Source: Candidatus Moraniibacteriota bacterium (GTDB taxonomy: Bacteria; Patescibacteriota; Minisyncoccia; Moranbacterales; UBA1568). From it: DNA of 45,268 bases. Of this stretch, positions 36,938 through 45,268 are shown piece by piece. Below the pieces are notes generated by a model that worked only from the letters and a program-made list of their open reading frames with translations, was not told the origin of the DNA and did not search any database. The stretch is taken from positions 530,627 through 575,894 of the forward strand of contig JAQTYF010000001.1 in assembly GCA_028688415.1 (NCBI GenBank), written 5' to 3'. The first letter of the stretch is position 1; each line of letters opens with the position of its first letter. The position numbers and the translations under genes are program-made.

Positions 36938-37465
36938 CTATTTCAAACGATTGTTGATAAACAGGAGTGAAAGGAGTGGCACAGCCATCCAGAAAATAAG
37001 TGCGATTGGTGAAGCAAAATAACTAAATGCCGTAGCAGAAATAAAGCCGAGAGCAACCTTATGTGGGAGAAAGGATAGTATCACACTGACGATCATCCCA
37101 GTCACAAGGATACTCGTCACAATAAGTCTCCAGAAAAAATCTGTTCCGACGTTGGAAAGATGTAGGTCAAAAAGACGTTTATCAATGGCGGTAAGAAAAA
37201 TAAGAAGCGCGAGAAAAACTCCCGCTTTCATATAGACGGATGGTGAGAAAAAACTTTCTGGAAGCACACCGACAAAAGCGAGTGAGATATACACATTGAT
37301 CAGTATATTGATCAGCTTGAATCGTCCAAAGACAAACCCGAGTGTCAGACTAAGACCGATAAAAGCAAACAGGAGAGAAACATCTCCTGCGATATTTTTT
37401 GGGAGTTGAAATGACGTCAAGAAATCAAAAAATTGTGACATAGGGAGTATTTTCTCACGAATCAT
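36938..37465 (-). CDS. Polytopic membrane protein (hypothetical)
   Basis: 5-6 TM segments. Start uncertain (37441, 37465 or 37561). Confidence 0.55.
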   Translation of the reverse strand: MIREKILPMSQFFDFLTSFQLPKNIAGDVSLLFAFIGLSLTLGFVFGRFKLINILINVYISLAFVGVLPESFFSPSVYMKAGVFLALLIFLTAIDKRLFDLHLSNVGTDFFWRLIVTSILVTGMIVSVILSFLPHKVALGFISATAFSYFASPIALIFWMAVPLLSLLFINNRLK

Positions 37466-37579
37466 TATCGTCTCAAGTGTACCCCGAGAGCAAGTCGCTG
37501 TCAAAAAGAAAAATACCTCTAGCTTCACAAAAAACCACTTTTGAGGGTATACTGAATACATACATAATATACACGCTCT

Positions 37580-39055
37580 ATGAACCGTTTTCGTCCACTT
37601 TTATTCTGGATTTTTGTTTTCATGTTCTTCTCTACTACGAGTAGCGTGCTTTTCTACACCTTTGGTTATCGATTCAATTTTGATCGAGGTATATTCATCT
37701 ACACTGGTTCCATCTCGATCAAAGCAGTGCCAGAGAAAGTAGATATCACTGTCGATGATGAATTCATTCCGGAGAAAAAACTCGGCATTCTCAATCGTTC
37801 TATCCATATCGGAGGCCTCATGCCAGGAGAACACTTCATCCGAGTATCTGCTCCGGGATACACCTCATGGACCAAGAAAGTCACTGTGCAAAGCGGACTT
37901 TCAGTAGAATTCTGGAATGTACTTCTCACAAAAGAAAATATCGTTCCCGAAAGAATACCTAGTACCGCATACGTCACAAAAATATTTCAATCACGTGAAA
38001 AAGGCATTTTTGCTCTCACCAAAAAACAAGGGGATATTTTTTCAGTAGATATCTTTGATACAGACACCAACACGAGCGAACAAGTCCTCTCGCTCGCTCA
38101 TACGACCCTCCCTCTCGACATCTCTCTCAATATCGAATGGTCACCGGATAATACGCACATTCTCGTTCCGACAGAGAAAGATGGCATCGTCACCTATCTC
38201 ATTGTCAATATCAAAACGAAACAAGTTGTGTCTCTCAATGATCTCACAGAGGGAGAAACGATTCATACTCTTCACAATCCTCGTTGGGATCCTGCTAATC
38301 GTGATTATATTCTTTACACCGAAGAGTTGTCACTTTATCGCGTAAATATCGCCACGACCGAAACCTTGCCACTTCTTATTCAAAAGGGTATCCGCGCATA
38401 CAATTTTTCTGGTCAAAATATCTATTATTTGAACAATGAGAACGGTATTATTTATCGTATATCGAGTAATCTCATTCCTACCGAACCACTTCAAATAACC
38501 ACTCTCTCACTCGATCTTCTTGATCAAAGCCCTTACACCCTCATTCTCTACGATGAAACAAGAATCGCTGTACAAGAGAACGCTACAGGAAAACTTTGGC
38601 TCTACAACACGATTCGTCCCGGCGAAACTTTTCTGAAAGAAATTGCTAAAAAAGATATTCGTGGAGTCCAGTTTTCTGACGATGGAAAGAAACTCCTTTT
38701 CTTCTCGGAGAATGAAATCGCTGTATATTTCGTACGTAACTGGGAAGTACAGCCAATACGGGAATACAATACTATTTTACAAATAGCACGCTTCTCAAAT
38801 CCAATACGCAATATTGTCTGGGGAGCAGATTATGAGCACGTTTTGTTCTCGCTTGGTAATACTGCCAAAATGATTGAACTCGATAATCGGGATCAAAGAA
38901 ACATCGCTGACATTATTACCTTCCCGACTCTCATACGTCAGATGCTTTCATATACTGAGGATAATTTTCTGTATTTTGTTTCAGATATCGATGGAAATAC
39001 AGAGACACTGAGCCGTATCCCAATCACAGAAAAAACAGGAATACTTGGGTTCTAA
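37580..39055 (+). CDS. PEGA domain protein with beta-propeller-like C-terminal region
   Basis: N-terminal TM and a PEGA-like segment (ISIKAVPEKVDITVDDEF..GEHFIRVSAPGYTSWTKKVTV). The rest is repetitive beta-rich sequence. Confidence 0.6.
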   Translation: MNRFRPLLFWIFVFMFFSTTSSVLFYTFGYRFNFDRGIFIYTGSISIKAVPEKVDITVDDEFIPEKKLGILNRSIHIGGLMPGEHFIRVSAPGYTSWTKKVTVQSGLSVEFWNVLLTKENIVPERIPSTAYVTKIFQSREKGIFALTKKQGDIFSVDIFDTDTNTSEQVLSLAHTTLPLDISLNIEWSPDNTHILVPTEKDGIVTYLIVNIKTKQVVSLNDLTEGETIHTLHNPRWDPANRDYILYTEELSLYRVNIATTETLPLLIQKGIRAYNFSGQNIYYLNNENGIIYRISSNLIPTEPLQITTLSLDLLDQSPYTLILYDETRIAVQENATGKLWLYNTIRPGETFLKEIAKKDIRGVQFSDDGKKLLFFSENEIAVYFVRNWEVQPIREYNTILQIARFSNPIRNIVWGADYEHVLFSLGNTAKMIELDNRDQRNIADIITFPTLIRQMLSYTEDNFLYFVSDIDGNTETLSRIPITEKTGILGF

Positions 39056-39087
39056 TCCATCCCTCATTAATATTTTTTCATACTCTT

Positions 39088-40206
39088 ATGGTTTTTCATG
39101 AACAACCCTCTCCAAAACCTCTCTCTCAAAAAGAAGGAAAGTCTCTCGAAGGGTCCCCTAATCCAGAACTTGCCGAGCAACAGCTCTGTTCCGGTTTTGA
39201 TACTATTTTAGAAAATTTGAAAAAGCATCCGGATCTCCTCCAAGCACAGATTGAGAGACTCAAATCTCTTCCTGATAACAACAATATTCTCGGAAAATTT
39301 ATTCCCTATTTCACAGAGGCACACTGGGAAACCACAGCCGTACTCGAAGCATATGACAAACCGACGTTCGATCATTCTCTTCGAGTCGCTTCTTTCGTCT
39401 ACAATCTGACGAGTGGTGGCGGTGAGACAGAAGCCTACATTAGAAATCGTGTCGATATGGAAGAGAGCTCTCTCGAAGAACTCTTCACTGCCGCCCTTTT
39501 CCATGATATCGGAAAAACAGCCATCCCTCATTCTCTCCTCCATGACAATCATTCGAGACGAGAATGGGCAAGAAGAGCGAATGAGTGGGCCAAAAAGAAT
39601 GATAGTGAACACTATTTTGATCCCCTGAAAGTAGAAGAATCAAGCGAAGTGGATCTGGATCATTATTTCATGCAAGTCTATACAGAAGACGCTCTTGATC
39701 CGATCAATATCGTTCCAATCGAAGAAGTATTCAATTCCGAAACTCTTACCGAACTCAGTCGCCACGGTATTTCTCTTCAAGATACTTTCCGTAAAGTCCT
39801 CGAATGTCATGAGAAGGCTACCAAGGCCATCCTACGACGTCAGAAGATGTATGTCGCGTCTGATATCGCTTCACATCATCATGATTACGAGAAGCGACCA
39901 ATCAGACTCGAACGCTATCAAACAGAAGTCTCTGCTGTCCGTCTCGGATTCGAGCTCTCTCTCCTCCGATCGATGGATCTTTTCGATGCTCTCACCTCAG
40001 ACGATCGATCCTACAAAAACCCTTACCACCCCCTCCTCGCTCTCGAAATCCTCATTCGAGAAGCAGAAGCGGAGTTCACCGAACCCGAACTCACGAAATA
40101 CGTCGTGCGTGATCTCTATGCAAAAATCCAATCTACAGAAAAAAACGAAACTCTTTCTCCTGCCGAAACGCGAGCTCAAGAAAAAATACAAACATTCATT
40201 GCTTAG
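39088..40206 (+). CDS. HD domain phosphohydrolase (HD-GYP-like, GYP motif not evident)
   Basis: FDHSLRVA, LFHDIGKTAIP, SHHHDYE. Confidence 0.6.
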   Translation: MVFHEQPSPKPLSQKEGKSLEGSPNPELAEQQLCSGFDTILENLKKHPDLLQAQIERLKSLPDNNNILGKFIPYFTEAHWETTAVLEAYDKPTFDHSLRVASFVYNLTSGGGETEAYIRNRVDMEESSLEELFTAALFHDIGKTAIPHSLLHDNHSRREWARRANEWAKKNDSEHYFDPLKVEESSEVDLDHYFMQVYTEDALDPINIVPIEEVFNSETLTELSRHGISLQDTFRKVLECHEKATKAILRRQKMYVASDIASHHHDYEKRPIRLERYQTEVSAVRLGFELSLLRSMDLFDALTSDDRSYKNPYHPLLALEILIREAEAEFTEPELTKYVVRDLYAKIQSTEKNETLSPAETRAQEKIQTFIA

Positions 40207-40270
40207 AAAAAGAAAAAACCGCGTAGTGAGTGTCTCACATACGCGGTCTCTATCATCCAGACAAATTGCT

Positions 40271-40756
40271 CTAGACGATGCGCCCGTTCCTTCGACACTC
40301 TTCGAAAAGCGTGTCAATAAACTTGGGCTGTGGGACGATTTCTGTGTCCCGGTGATCAATAAATCTATTGATCTTTAACGCCTGCAACCCTAGTGTGAGT
40401 TGTCTCGCATCGTGTCCTGCAATAAGGAACAGGACTGACGTCACGGGCCGGATAACCTGCTTGATCTCAGGAAACCAAGCAGGAGTGACCGCATGCTCCA
40501 ACGTTTTGAACGACTGAGCTATGATGTCATCATAACTCGTTTGGTATGCATGATGAGCTTCACATGCACGTTGGTGGAGATCTGAAATCTCCTCGTACGT
40601 ACATCCCCATCTGCCACAATGCACCGAAGAGAGTGCAATCGCAGCCGCAGCTATTTCCCCTACACCAAACTTTCCTCCCGTTGTCACGTGCAACAGGGAG
40701 AACGGAAACTGCCTGAAATGCCCCAACAGTTTCTGCTCTTTAATCTTTAACCTCAT
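40271..40756 (-). CDS. Hypothetical protein
   Basis: 161-aa ORF with no recognisable motif. Confidence 0.45.
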   Translation of the reverse strand: MRLKIKEQKLLGHFRQFPFSLLHVTTGGKFGVGEIAAAAIALSSVHCGRWGCTYEEISDLHQRACEAHHAYQTSYDDIIAQSFKTLEHAVTPAWFPEIKQVIRPVTSVLFLIAGHDARQLTLGLQALKINRFIDHRDTEIVPQPKFIDTLFEECRRNGRIV

Positions 40757-40939
40757 TGTTTCTCCTTTTTTTTAAAAACACACAAACCACAAAATTTGTG
40801 CACGAACTTTATTGATAGGATCATCAATAATTATGTATTATACACCTTTTTATCAATCAAGTCAATACTCCGACTGCTTGAAACACCTCAGATAAAGCAA
40901 AAAAATATAAATTTCTCTCAATTACAAGAGTCCTATTTC

Positions 40940-41015
40940 TGTCATCCCCGAGAAGTCGGTGGTCCAGGAATATAGTTTATAGAAAGTCTAGATTCCCGTC
41001 TTCACGGGAATGACA
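40940..41015. repeat. MITE-like inverted repeat pair
   Basis: TGTCATCCCCGAGAAGTCGGTGGTCCAGG and the reverse complement of TGTCATTCCCGTGAAGACGGGAATCTAG, separated by about 19 nt. Each arm is itself a hairpin. Confidence 0.6.
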
Positions 41016-41046
41016 ACTAAAAAAATTAATTCTTAGAAAGAAAAAA

Positions 41047-41075
41047 CCGCCCCGGAAAGGGCGGTATATATTCGA
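41047..41075 (-). terminator. Intrinsic terminator after rpsI
   Basis: Minus strand CCGCCC-TTTCCG-GGGCGG followed by UUUUUUU. Preceded by the palindrome GTCGCTCGCGAGCGAC. Confidence 0.7.
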
Positions 41076-41108
41076 TGGATTTACCACCGTCGCTCGCGAG
41101 CGACGTGG

Positions 41109-41639
41109 CTAGCGTTTTGCCCACTGTGGAGAACGACGAGCTTTCTTGAGTCCTGGTTTCTTACGTTCGACAGCACGAGCATCACGAGTGAGCATACCAG
41201 CAGATTTGAGCACCGCACGGAGCAAAATATCGTGTTTGATGAGGCAACGGGCCACACCGAGCTTGATCGCATCAGCCTGACCATGGAGACCTCCACCACG
41301 GACGACAACTGACATTCTGAAGGCAGTTTCGAGACCAGTCAGTTTCAGAGGAGAGAGGGCTATCGTTTCGAGAGCTGGAGTACCAAAATATTCACGAATC
41401 TTCTTATCATTGACGATGACAGATTCTGTCTCTGTGCTCGGATAGAGACGTACTTGTGCGATAGCTGTCTTGCGACGACCAACAGCATATACATAACGCT
41501 CTTCCGTAGTCTTCTTCTCCTTCACAACTTTTGGAACAGCTGGAACAGTAGCGACCTTTTTCTTGGCTACCACTTTTTTGACAACTTTTTTAGGAGCGTC
41601 TTTTTTCTCTTCTTTTGCAGTTGTTGCTTTCGTTACCAT
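41109..41639 (-). CDS. rpsI: 30S ribosomal protein S9 with Lys-rich N-terminal extension
   Basis: C-terminus ..KKARRSPQWAKR, core GRRKTAIAQVRLY, and a roughly 45-aa K/V/A-rich extension. Confidence 0.9.
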   Translation of the reverse strand: MVTKATTAKEEKKDAPKKVVKKVVAKKKVATVPAVPKVVKEKKTTEERYVYAVGRRKTAIAQVRLYPSTETESVIVNDKKIREYFGTPALETIALSPLKLTGLETAFRMSVVVRGGGLHGQADAIKLGVARCLIKHDILLRAVLKSAGMLTRDARAVERKKPGLKKARRSPQWAKR

Positions 41640-41645
41640 ATACGT

Positions 41646-42062
41646 TTATTCGTGAGTCACGTGAATAATCTTCTCTTCATGTTCGCCACCCTTGTTGATA
41701 TGGAGTCTGCGAAGCATTTTTCCTCGTAAAGCATTCTTCGGGAGCATATTGTACACTGCTTGCCAGAGAATTTTTCGAGAATCTTTTTTCATTTGGTCTT
41801 CGAAATTAATCGAAGTGATACCTCCAGGATATCCACTGAAACGATGGTACATCTTGTCAGTATTTTTCTTCCCCGTAACGACGAGACCATCGGAGTTGAT
41901 AATGATAACAAAATCTCCTCCATCGATATGTGGAGCGTACCCTACTTTGTGCTTGCCCATAAGCAGGCGAGCGATTTGCGTCGACAAACGACCGAGCACC
42001 TTGTCCTTTGCATCAAACAGGTGGTATTTACGATCAATCATTGTTCTTTTATTCTGTGCCAT
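41646..42062 (-). CDS. rplM: 50S ribosomal protein L13
   Basis: LFDAKDKVLGRLSTQIARLLMGKHK. Confidence 0.9.
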   Translation of the reverse strand: MAQNKRTMIDRKYHLFDAKDKVLGRLSTQIARLLMGKHKVGYAPHIDGGDFVIIINSDGLVVTGKKNTDKMYHRFSGYPGGITSINFEDQMKKDSRKILWQAVYNMLPKNALRGKMLRRLHINKGGEHEEKIIHVTHE

Positions 42063-42071
42063 ACGTTTCGT

Positions 42072-42437
42072 TTATACAAACTCAATAATTGCTATTTCTG
42101 CACTATCACTCTTGCGTCGCTCGAGCTTCACTACCCGAGTGTATCCACTGACGCGTTCTTCAAAACGAGCACTGAAATCACCGAGTAATTTCTTGGATGC
42201 CATCTCTGGAATAAGACCCTGGAACTCACGGATGATAGCTGTTCGACGAGCAGGATCACGTCGCCCTACTTTGGCTTTATTCACGATTTGGTCAATAAAA
42301 TTTTTGATTTCTTTGGCCTTCGCTTCTGTAGTAGTGATGCGTTCACGAAGAATAAGACTCCCTAACAAGGTCTTGATCAATGCTCTTCGTTGATTTCGTC
42401 CGCGACTGAGTACGCGTCCTGAATGTCTGTGTTTCAT
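42072..42437 (-). CDS. rplQ: 50S ribosomal protein L17
   Basis: MKHRHSGRVLSRGRNQRRALIKTLL..TTEAKAKE. Confidence 0.9.
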   Translation of the reverse strand: MKHRHSGRVLSRGRNQRRALIKTLLGSLILRERITTTEAKAKEIKNFIDQIVNKAKVGRRDPARRTAIIREFQGLIPEMASKKLLGDFSARFEERVSGYTRVVKLERRKSDSAEIAIIEFV

Positions 42438-42462
42438 AATTCTTTACTCACAAAGGGATCAT

Positions 42463-43245
42463 TTATGCTTCTTTCTCCTCTTTTTTCTTCTTGGATACCT
42501 TCTTTGCTTTCTTTTGAACAACTTCCTCTACGACAGCTTCTTTGATTTCCGGTACATCCCCTTCTGTTCCTGTCAGGGAAGAGAACTGGGAAACGAGAAT
42601 GGCAACACTTTTTTCGAAGGATTCCACTGGAGACATACTGCCGTCAGTAATGATTTCAATCGTTACTTTGTCATAATCTGTACGCTTACCGACACGCATG
42701 TTTTCTATTTCATAATTCACACGCTTTACAGGAGTGAAGATAGAATCAATAGCGATAACGCCGATTTCACGATCTTCTTGTTCACGATTTTCAGCAGGAA
42801 CATAACCAATACCGTTCTCGACTTCTATTTCCATATCGAGCTCGGTTTTCTTGTCAGTGATAGTAGCAATAATATGATCTCCATTTACTACTTCGACATC
42901 AGAAGTCGTCTTGAACTGTGATGCGGTGACAACACCTTCTCCTTTGGTTTTGAGACTGATTTTGACAGTCTCTGTGCCATGAAGACGAAAACGAATCTGT
43001 TTCAAATTCAAAATGATCTGTACAACATCTTCCATCACACCTGGAATTGTAGAAAATTCATGAGAAACACCCTTGATTTTCACAGATTTTGCAGCAGCAC
43101 CTTCCAAAGAAGAAAGGAGTACGCGACGAAGGGCATTACCAACAGTAGTACCATATCCAGGATAGCATCCGAGGATTTCAATCTTTCCATGATTGACTCC
43201 GATGGCTGTGTACTTCGGCTTTTGAGGGGAAGTGATGATTTGCAT
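42463..43245 (-). CDS. rpoA: DNA-directed RNA polymerase alpha subunit, N-terminal domain only
   Basis: NTD motifs GYGTTVGNALRRVLLSS. The 260-aa protein ends in a Lys-rich tail, with no sequence of alpha-CTD length or character. Confidence 0.85.
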   Translation of the reverse strand: MQIITSPQKPKYTAIGVNHGKIEILGCYPGYGTTVGNALRRVLLSSLEGAAAKSVKIKGVSHEFSTIPGVMEDVVQIILNLKQIRFRLHGTETVKISLKTKGEGVVTASQFKTTSDVEVVNGDHIIATITDKKTELDMEIEVENGIGYVPAENREQEDREIGVIAIDSIFTPVKRVNYEIENMRVGKRTDYDKVTIEIITDGSMSPVESFEKSVAILVSQFSSLTGTEGDVPEIKEAVVEEVVQKKAKKVSKKKKEEKEA

Positions 43246-43336
43246 ACGGCTTTGATGGTTTCGGATGGACTGTCGGACCTGATCGCTATGGACCGTTCAC
43301 CGGAAACACTAATGATTAGAAATAAATGAAAGAGAT

Positions 43337-43969
43337 TTACTTGGAATAATATTCGACGACCATCTGAGCATCGACACGGACACCGACATCTTGAGGTGAA
43401 GGCATCGAGATCATTTTTCCAGATTGCTTGGCAACATTGAGCTCCAACCAATGTGGAACATCTTTCTTATTTTTGAGAATTTCTTCCTGATTTTTGAAAA
43501 ATTGCTTTTCTTTCTTATTCTGCTTCAGTTCAATCATATCTCCTACGCGGACTTCGTATGAAGCAATATTGATACGTGTACCATTGACAGAAAACATTTT
43601 GTGACTGACGAGTTGTTTGGCTTGTGCACGAGAAGCAGCGAATCCGAGACGATACACGACATTGTCCAAACGACGTTCGAGTCGAGATACCAGCTGATCA
43701 CCAGTGATGCCAGGCGTGTTGCGAACTTCATCGAAATGATGTCGGAATTGTCGTTCCATTACACCGTACAAACGCTTGATTTTCTGTTTCATTGCCAACT
43801 GTTTTCCGAATTCGCTTCCGCCACGAGACGGGTTATGACCATGCACACCAGGAGCGTACGGACGACGTACCATCGCACATTTTGGCGACAAACAACGATC
43901 TCCTTTGAGAAAGAGTTTTTCGCCAGCACGGCGACAGAGTTTACACTTGGAATCAATATTATTTGGCAT
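43337..43969 (-). CDS. rpsD: 30S ribosomal protein S4
   Basis: KLCRRAGEKLFLKGDRC, with an S4 RNA-binding domain. Confidence 0.9.
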   Translation of the reverse strand: MPNNIDSKCKLCRRAGEKLFLKGDRCLSPKCAMVRRPYAPGVHGHNPSRGGSEFGKQLAMKQKIKRLYGVMERQFRHHFDEVRNTPGITGDQLVSRLERRLDNVVYRLGFAASRAQAKQLVSHKMFSVNGTRINIASYEVRVGDMIELKQNKKEKQFFKNQEEILKNKKDVPHWLELNVAKQSGKMISMPSPQDVGVRVDAQMVVEYYSK

Positions 43970-44000
43970 AGTTCATTTTCACTAACTTATACGAGACTAA

Positions 44001-44438
44001 CTAAATACGGCGAGGACGGCGAGGACGACAACCATTGTGAGGGATAGCAGTCAGATCTTTGATACCGACGAGATTGAAACCGTTGTTTGACAGAGCTCGG
44101 ATAGAAGCTTCTCGTCCACTTCCTACTCCTTTGACAAATACTTCCAGTTCTTGAATGCCATATTTCTTCACTTTTTCAGTCACATCTGCAACAACCTGTG
44201 TCGCTGCGTACGGAGTAGACTTCTTAGCACCTTTGAAACTCATATGTCCTGAGCTGGACCAACCCAAAACAGCACCGTTCAAATCAGAAATGGTAATAAT
44301 AGTATTGTTGTAGGTGCACTGGATATTGACTCGGCCTTTCAAAACTTGACGCTTTGATTTCTTGACCTTCTTTGCTGTTTCCACTTCTGTTTTTTCAGTA
44401 GAAACTCCAGTGTCTTCGATTTTCTTTACTTCTTCCAT
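44001..44438 (-). CDS. rpsK: 30S ribosomal protein S11
   Basis: NNTIITISD..GWSSSG..FKGAKKSTPYAA. Confidence 0.9.
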   Translation of the reverse strand: MEEVKKIEDTGVSTEKTEVETAKKVKKSKRQVLKGRVNIQCTYNNTIITISDLNGAVLGWSSSGHMSFKGAKKSTPYAATQVVADVTEKVKKYGIQELEVFVKGVGSGREASIRALSNNGFNLVGIKDLTAIPHNGCRPRRPRRI

Positions 44439-44485
44439 AATTATCTCTCTTGTAGGTTTTAGCTTATGAACTCACGGGGCAACTT

Positions 44486-44875
44486 TTATGTCTTGTCAGA
44501 TGATTTCTTGCGACCGCTACCCATTGTTTTACGGGTATTACCGCGTACGGTTCGGGTATTTGTCTTTGTTCGTTGACCGCGAGATGGCAATCCTTTTGTA
44601 TGTCGAGTGCCACGATAACAACCAATTTCTTTCAGACGTTTGATATTTCCTCTGACAACGTGACGAAGCTCACCTTCTACACGAAACTTTTTTTCGATTA
44701 CTTCTCGGAGACGATTGGCATCTTCGGAAGAAACGTCTTTGGTACGAGTATTCACATCAATTGAGAGTTCTTCGAGGATCTTCTGACTCGTAGAAAGACC
44801 TATACCGAAAACATACGTCAATGCGATTTCTATTCTTTTGTTATCTGGAATGTTGATTCCGGCAATTCTTATCAT
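44486..44875 (-). CDS. rpsM: 30S ribosomal protein S13
   Basis: MIRIAGINIP..KRIEIALTYVFGIG. Confidence 0.9.
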   Translation of the reverse strand: MIRIAGINIPDNKRIEIALTYVFGIGLSTSQKILEELSIDVNTRTKDVSSEDANRLREVIEKKFRVEGELRHVVRGNIKRLKEIGCYRGTRHTKGLPSRGQRTKTNTRTVRGNTRKTMGSGRKKSSDKT

Positions 44876-44961
44876 AGTACTCTCAGTTGTAGGTTTTTAG
44901 CTTATATGTCTTACGACGACTCGATACTTAATTTATCTTCTCTGCAAACTTGTCAAAAGAC

Positions 44962-45075
44962 TTATCCTTGGCGTTGTTTGTGTTTTGGAGTCACACAAAT
45001 AACGAACACCTTTCCTCGGCGTTTTACAATTTTGCAGTGAGCACAAATTTTTTTTACTGAAGCTCTTACTTTCAT
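44962..45075 (-). CDS. rpmJ: 50S ribosomal protein L36
   Basis: Not in the ORF track. Minus-strand translation is [37 protein letters not shown]. Confidence 0.9.
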   Translation of the reverse strand: MKVRASVKKICAHCKIVKRRGKVFVICVTPKHKQRQG

Positions 45076-45105
45076 AGATTCTTTTCAACTTTTTCAAAAA
45101 TACGA

Positions 45106-45268
45106 TTATTTATTGCGCAGTATGATTCTTCCTTTACTCAAATCATATGGGCTCATTTCGAGCGTAACACGATCACCTGGCAAAAGACGAATATAGTGGA
45201 CACGCATACGGCCAGAGATGTGGGCGAGGACTTCATGACCATTATCGAGGCGAACACGAAATGTCGTA
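45106..45268 (-). CDS. infA: Translation initiation factor IF-1, N-terminus beyond window
   Basis: Minus-strand translation is ..[51 protein letters not shown]. Confidence 0.85.
   Translation of the reverse strand, partial: TTFRVRLDNGHEVLAHISGRMRVHYIRLLPGDRVTLEMSPYDLSKGRIILRNK

Overview
The window looks like a chromosomal segment from a small-genome bacterium, possibly CPR/Patescibacteria-like. That placement is an inference from a solitary, atypical 16S gene, an RpoA without a C-terminal domain, and a tsaD/CofE-like gene pair. The genetic code is standard, since long ORFs end at TAA/TAG/TGA.

Housekeeping genes:
- recG (5' end cut by the window edge), tsaD, valS, lexA, pilT, a SulP transporter, and two ECF sigma factors.
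- An ApbE/FMN-binding membrane cluster.
- A ribosomal block: infA-rpmJ-rpsM-rpsK-rpsD-rpoA-rplQ-rplM-rpsI.
- One 16S rRNA gene and five tRNA genes.

The unusual content is non-coding:
1. A family of three paralogous terminator-ended elements. Two of them bracket an orphan MazF/PemK toxin gene. These two carry the same 18-nt and 69-nt modules at the same position, but in circularly permuted order. The third copy has no modules and sits just outside the 16S processing stem.
2. The toxin promoter and leader are near-identical to those of lexA. A convergent small transcription unit with a consensus promoter ends at the toxin stop codon.
3. Three of the five tRNA genes (Glu, His, Arg-UCG) are preceded by partial 5' pseudo-copies interrupted by GC-rich palindromic hairpins. 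The Glu copy is associated with a GIY-YIG pseudogene. tRNA-Arg also has a roughly 430-nt trailer built from repeated and inverted copies of its own 3' end.
4. A roughly 300-nt GC-richer structured intergenic region lies upstream of an ECF sigma operon, and I could not assign it to any RNA family.

No CRISPR array, transposase, integrase or recognisable defence gene was seen. All coordinates and alignments were made by hand.
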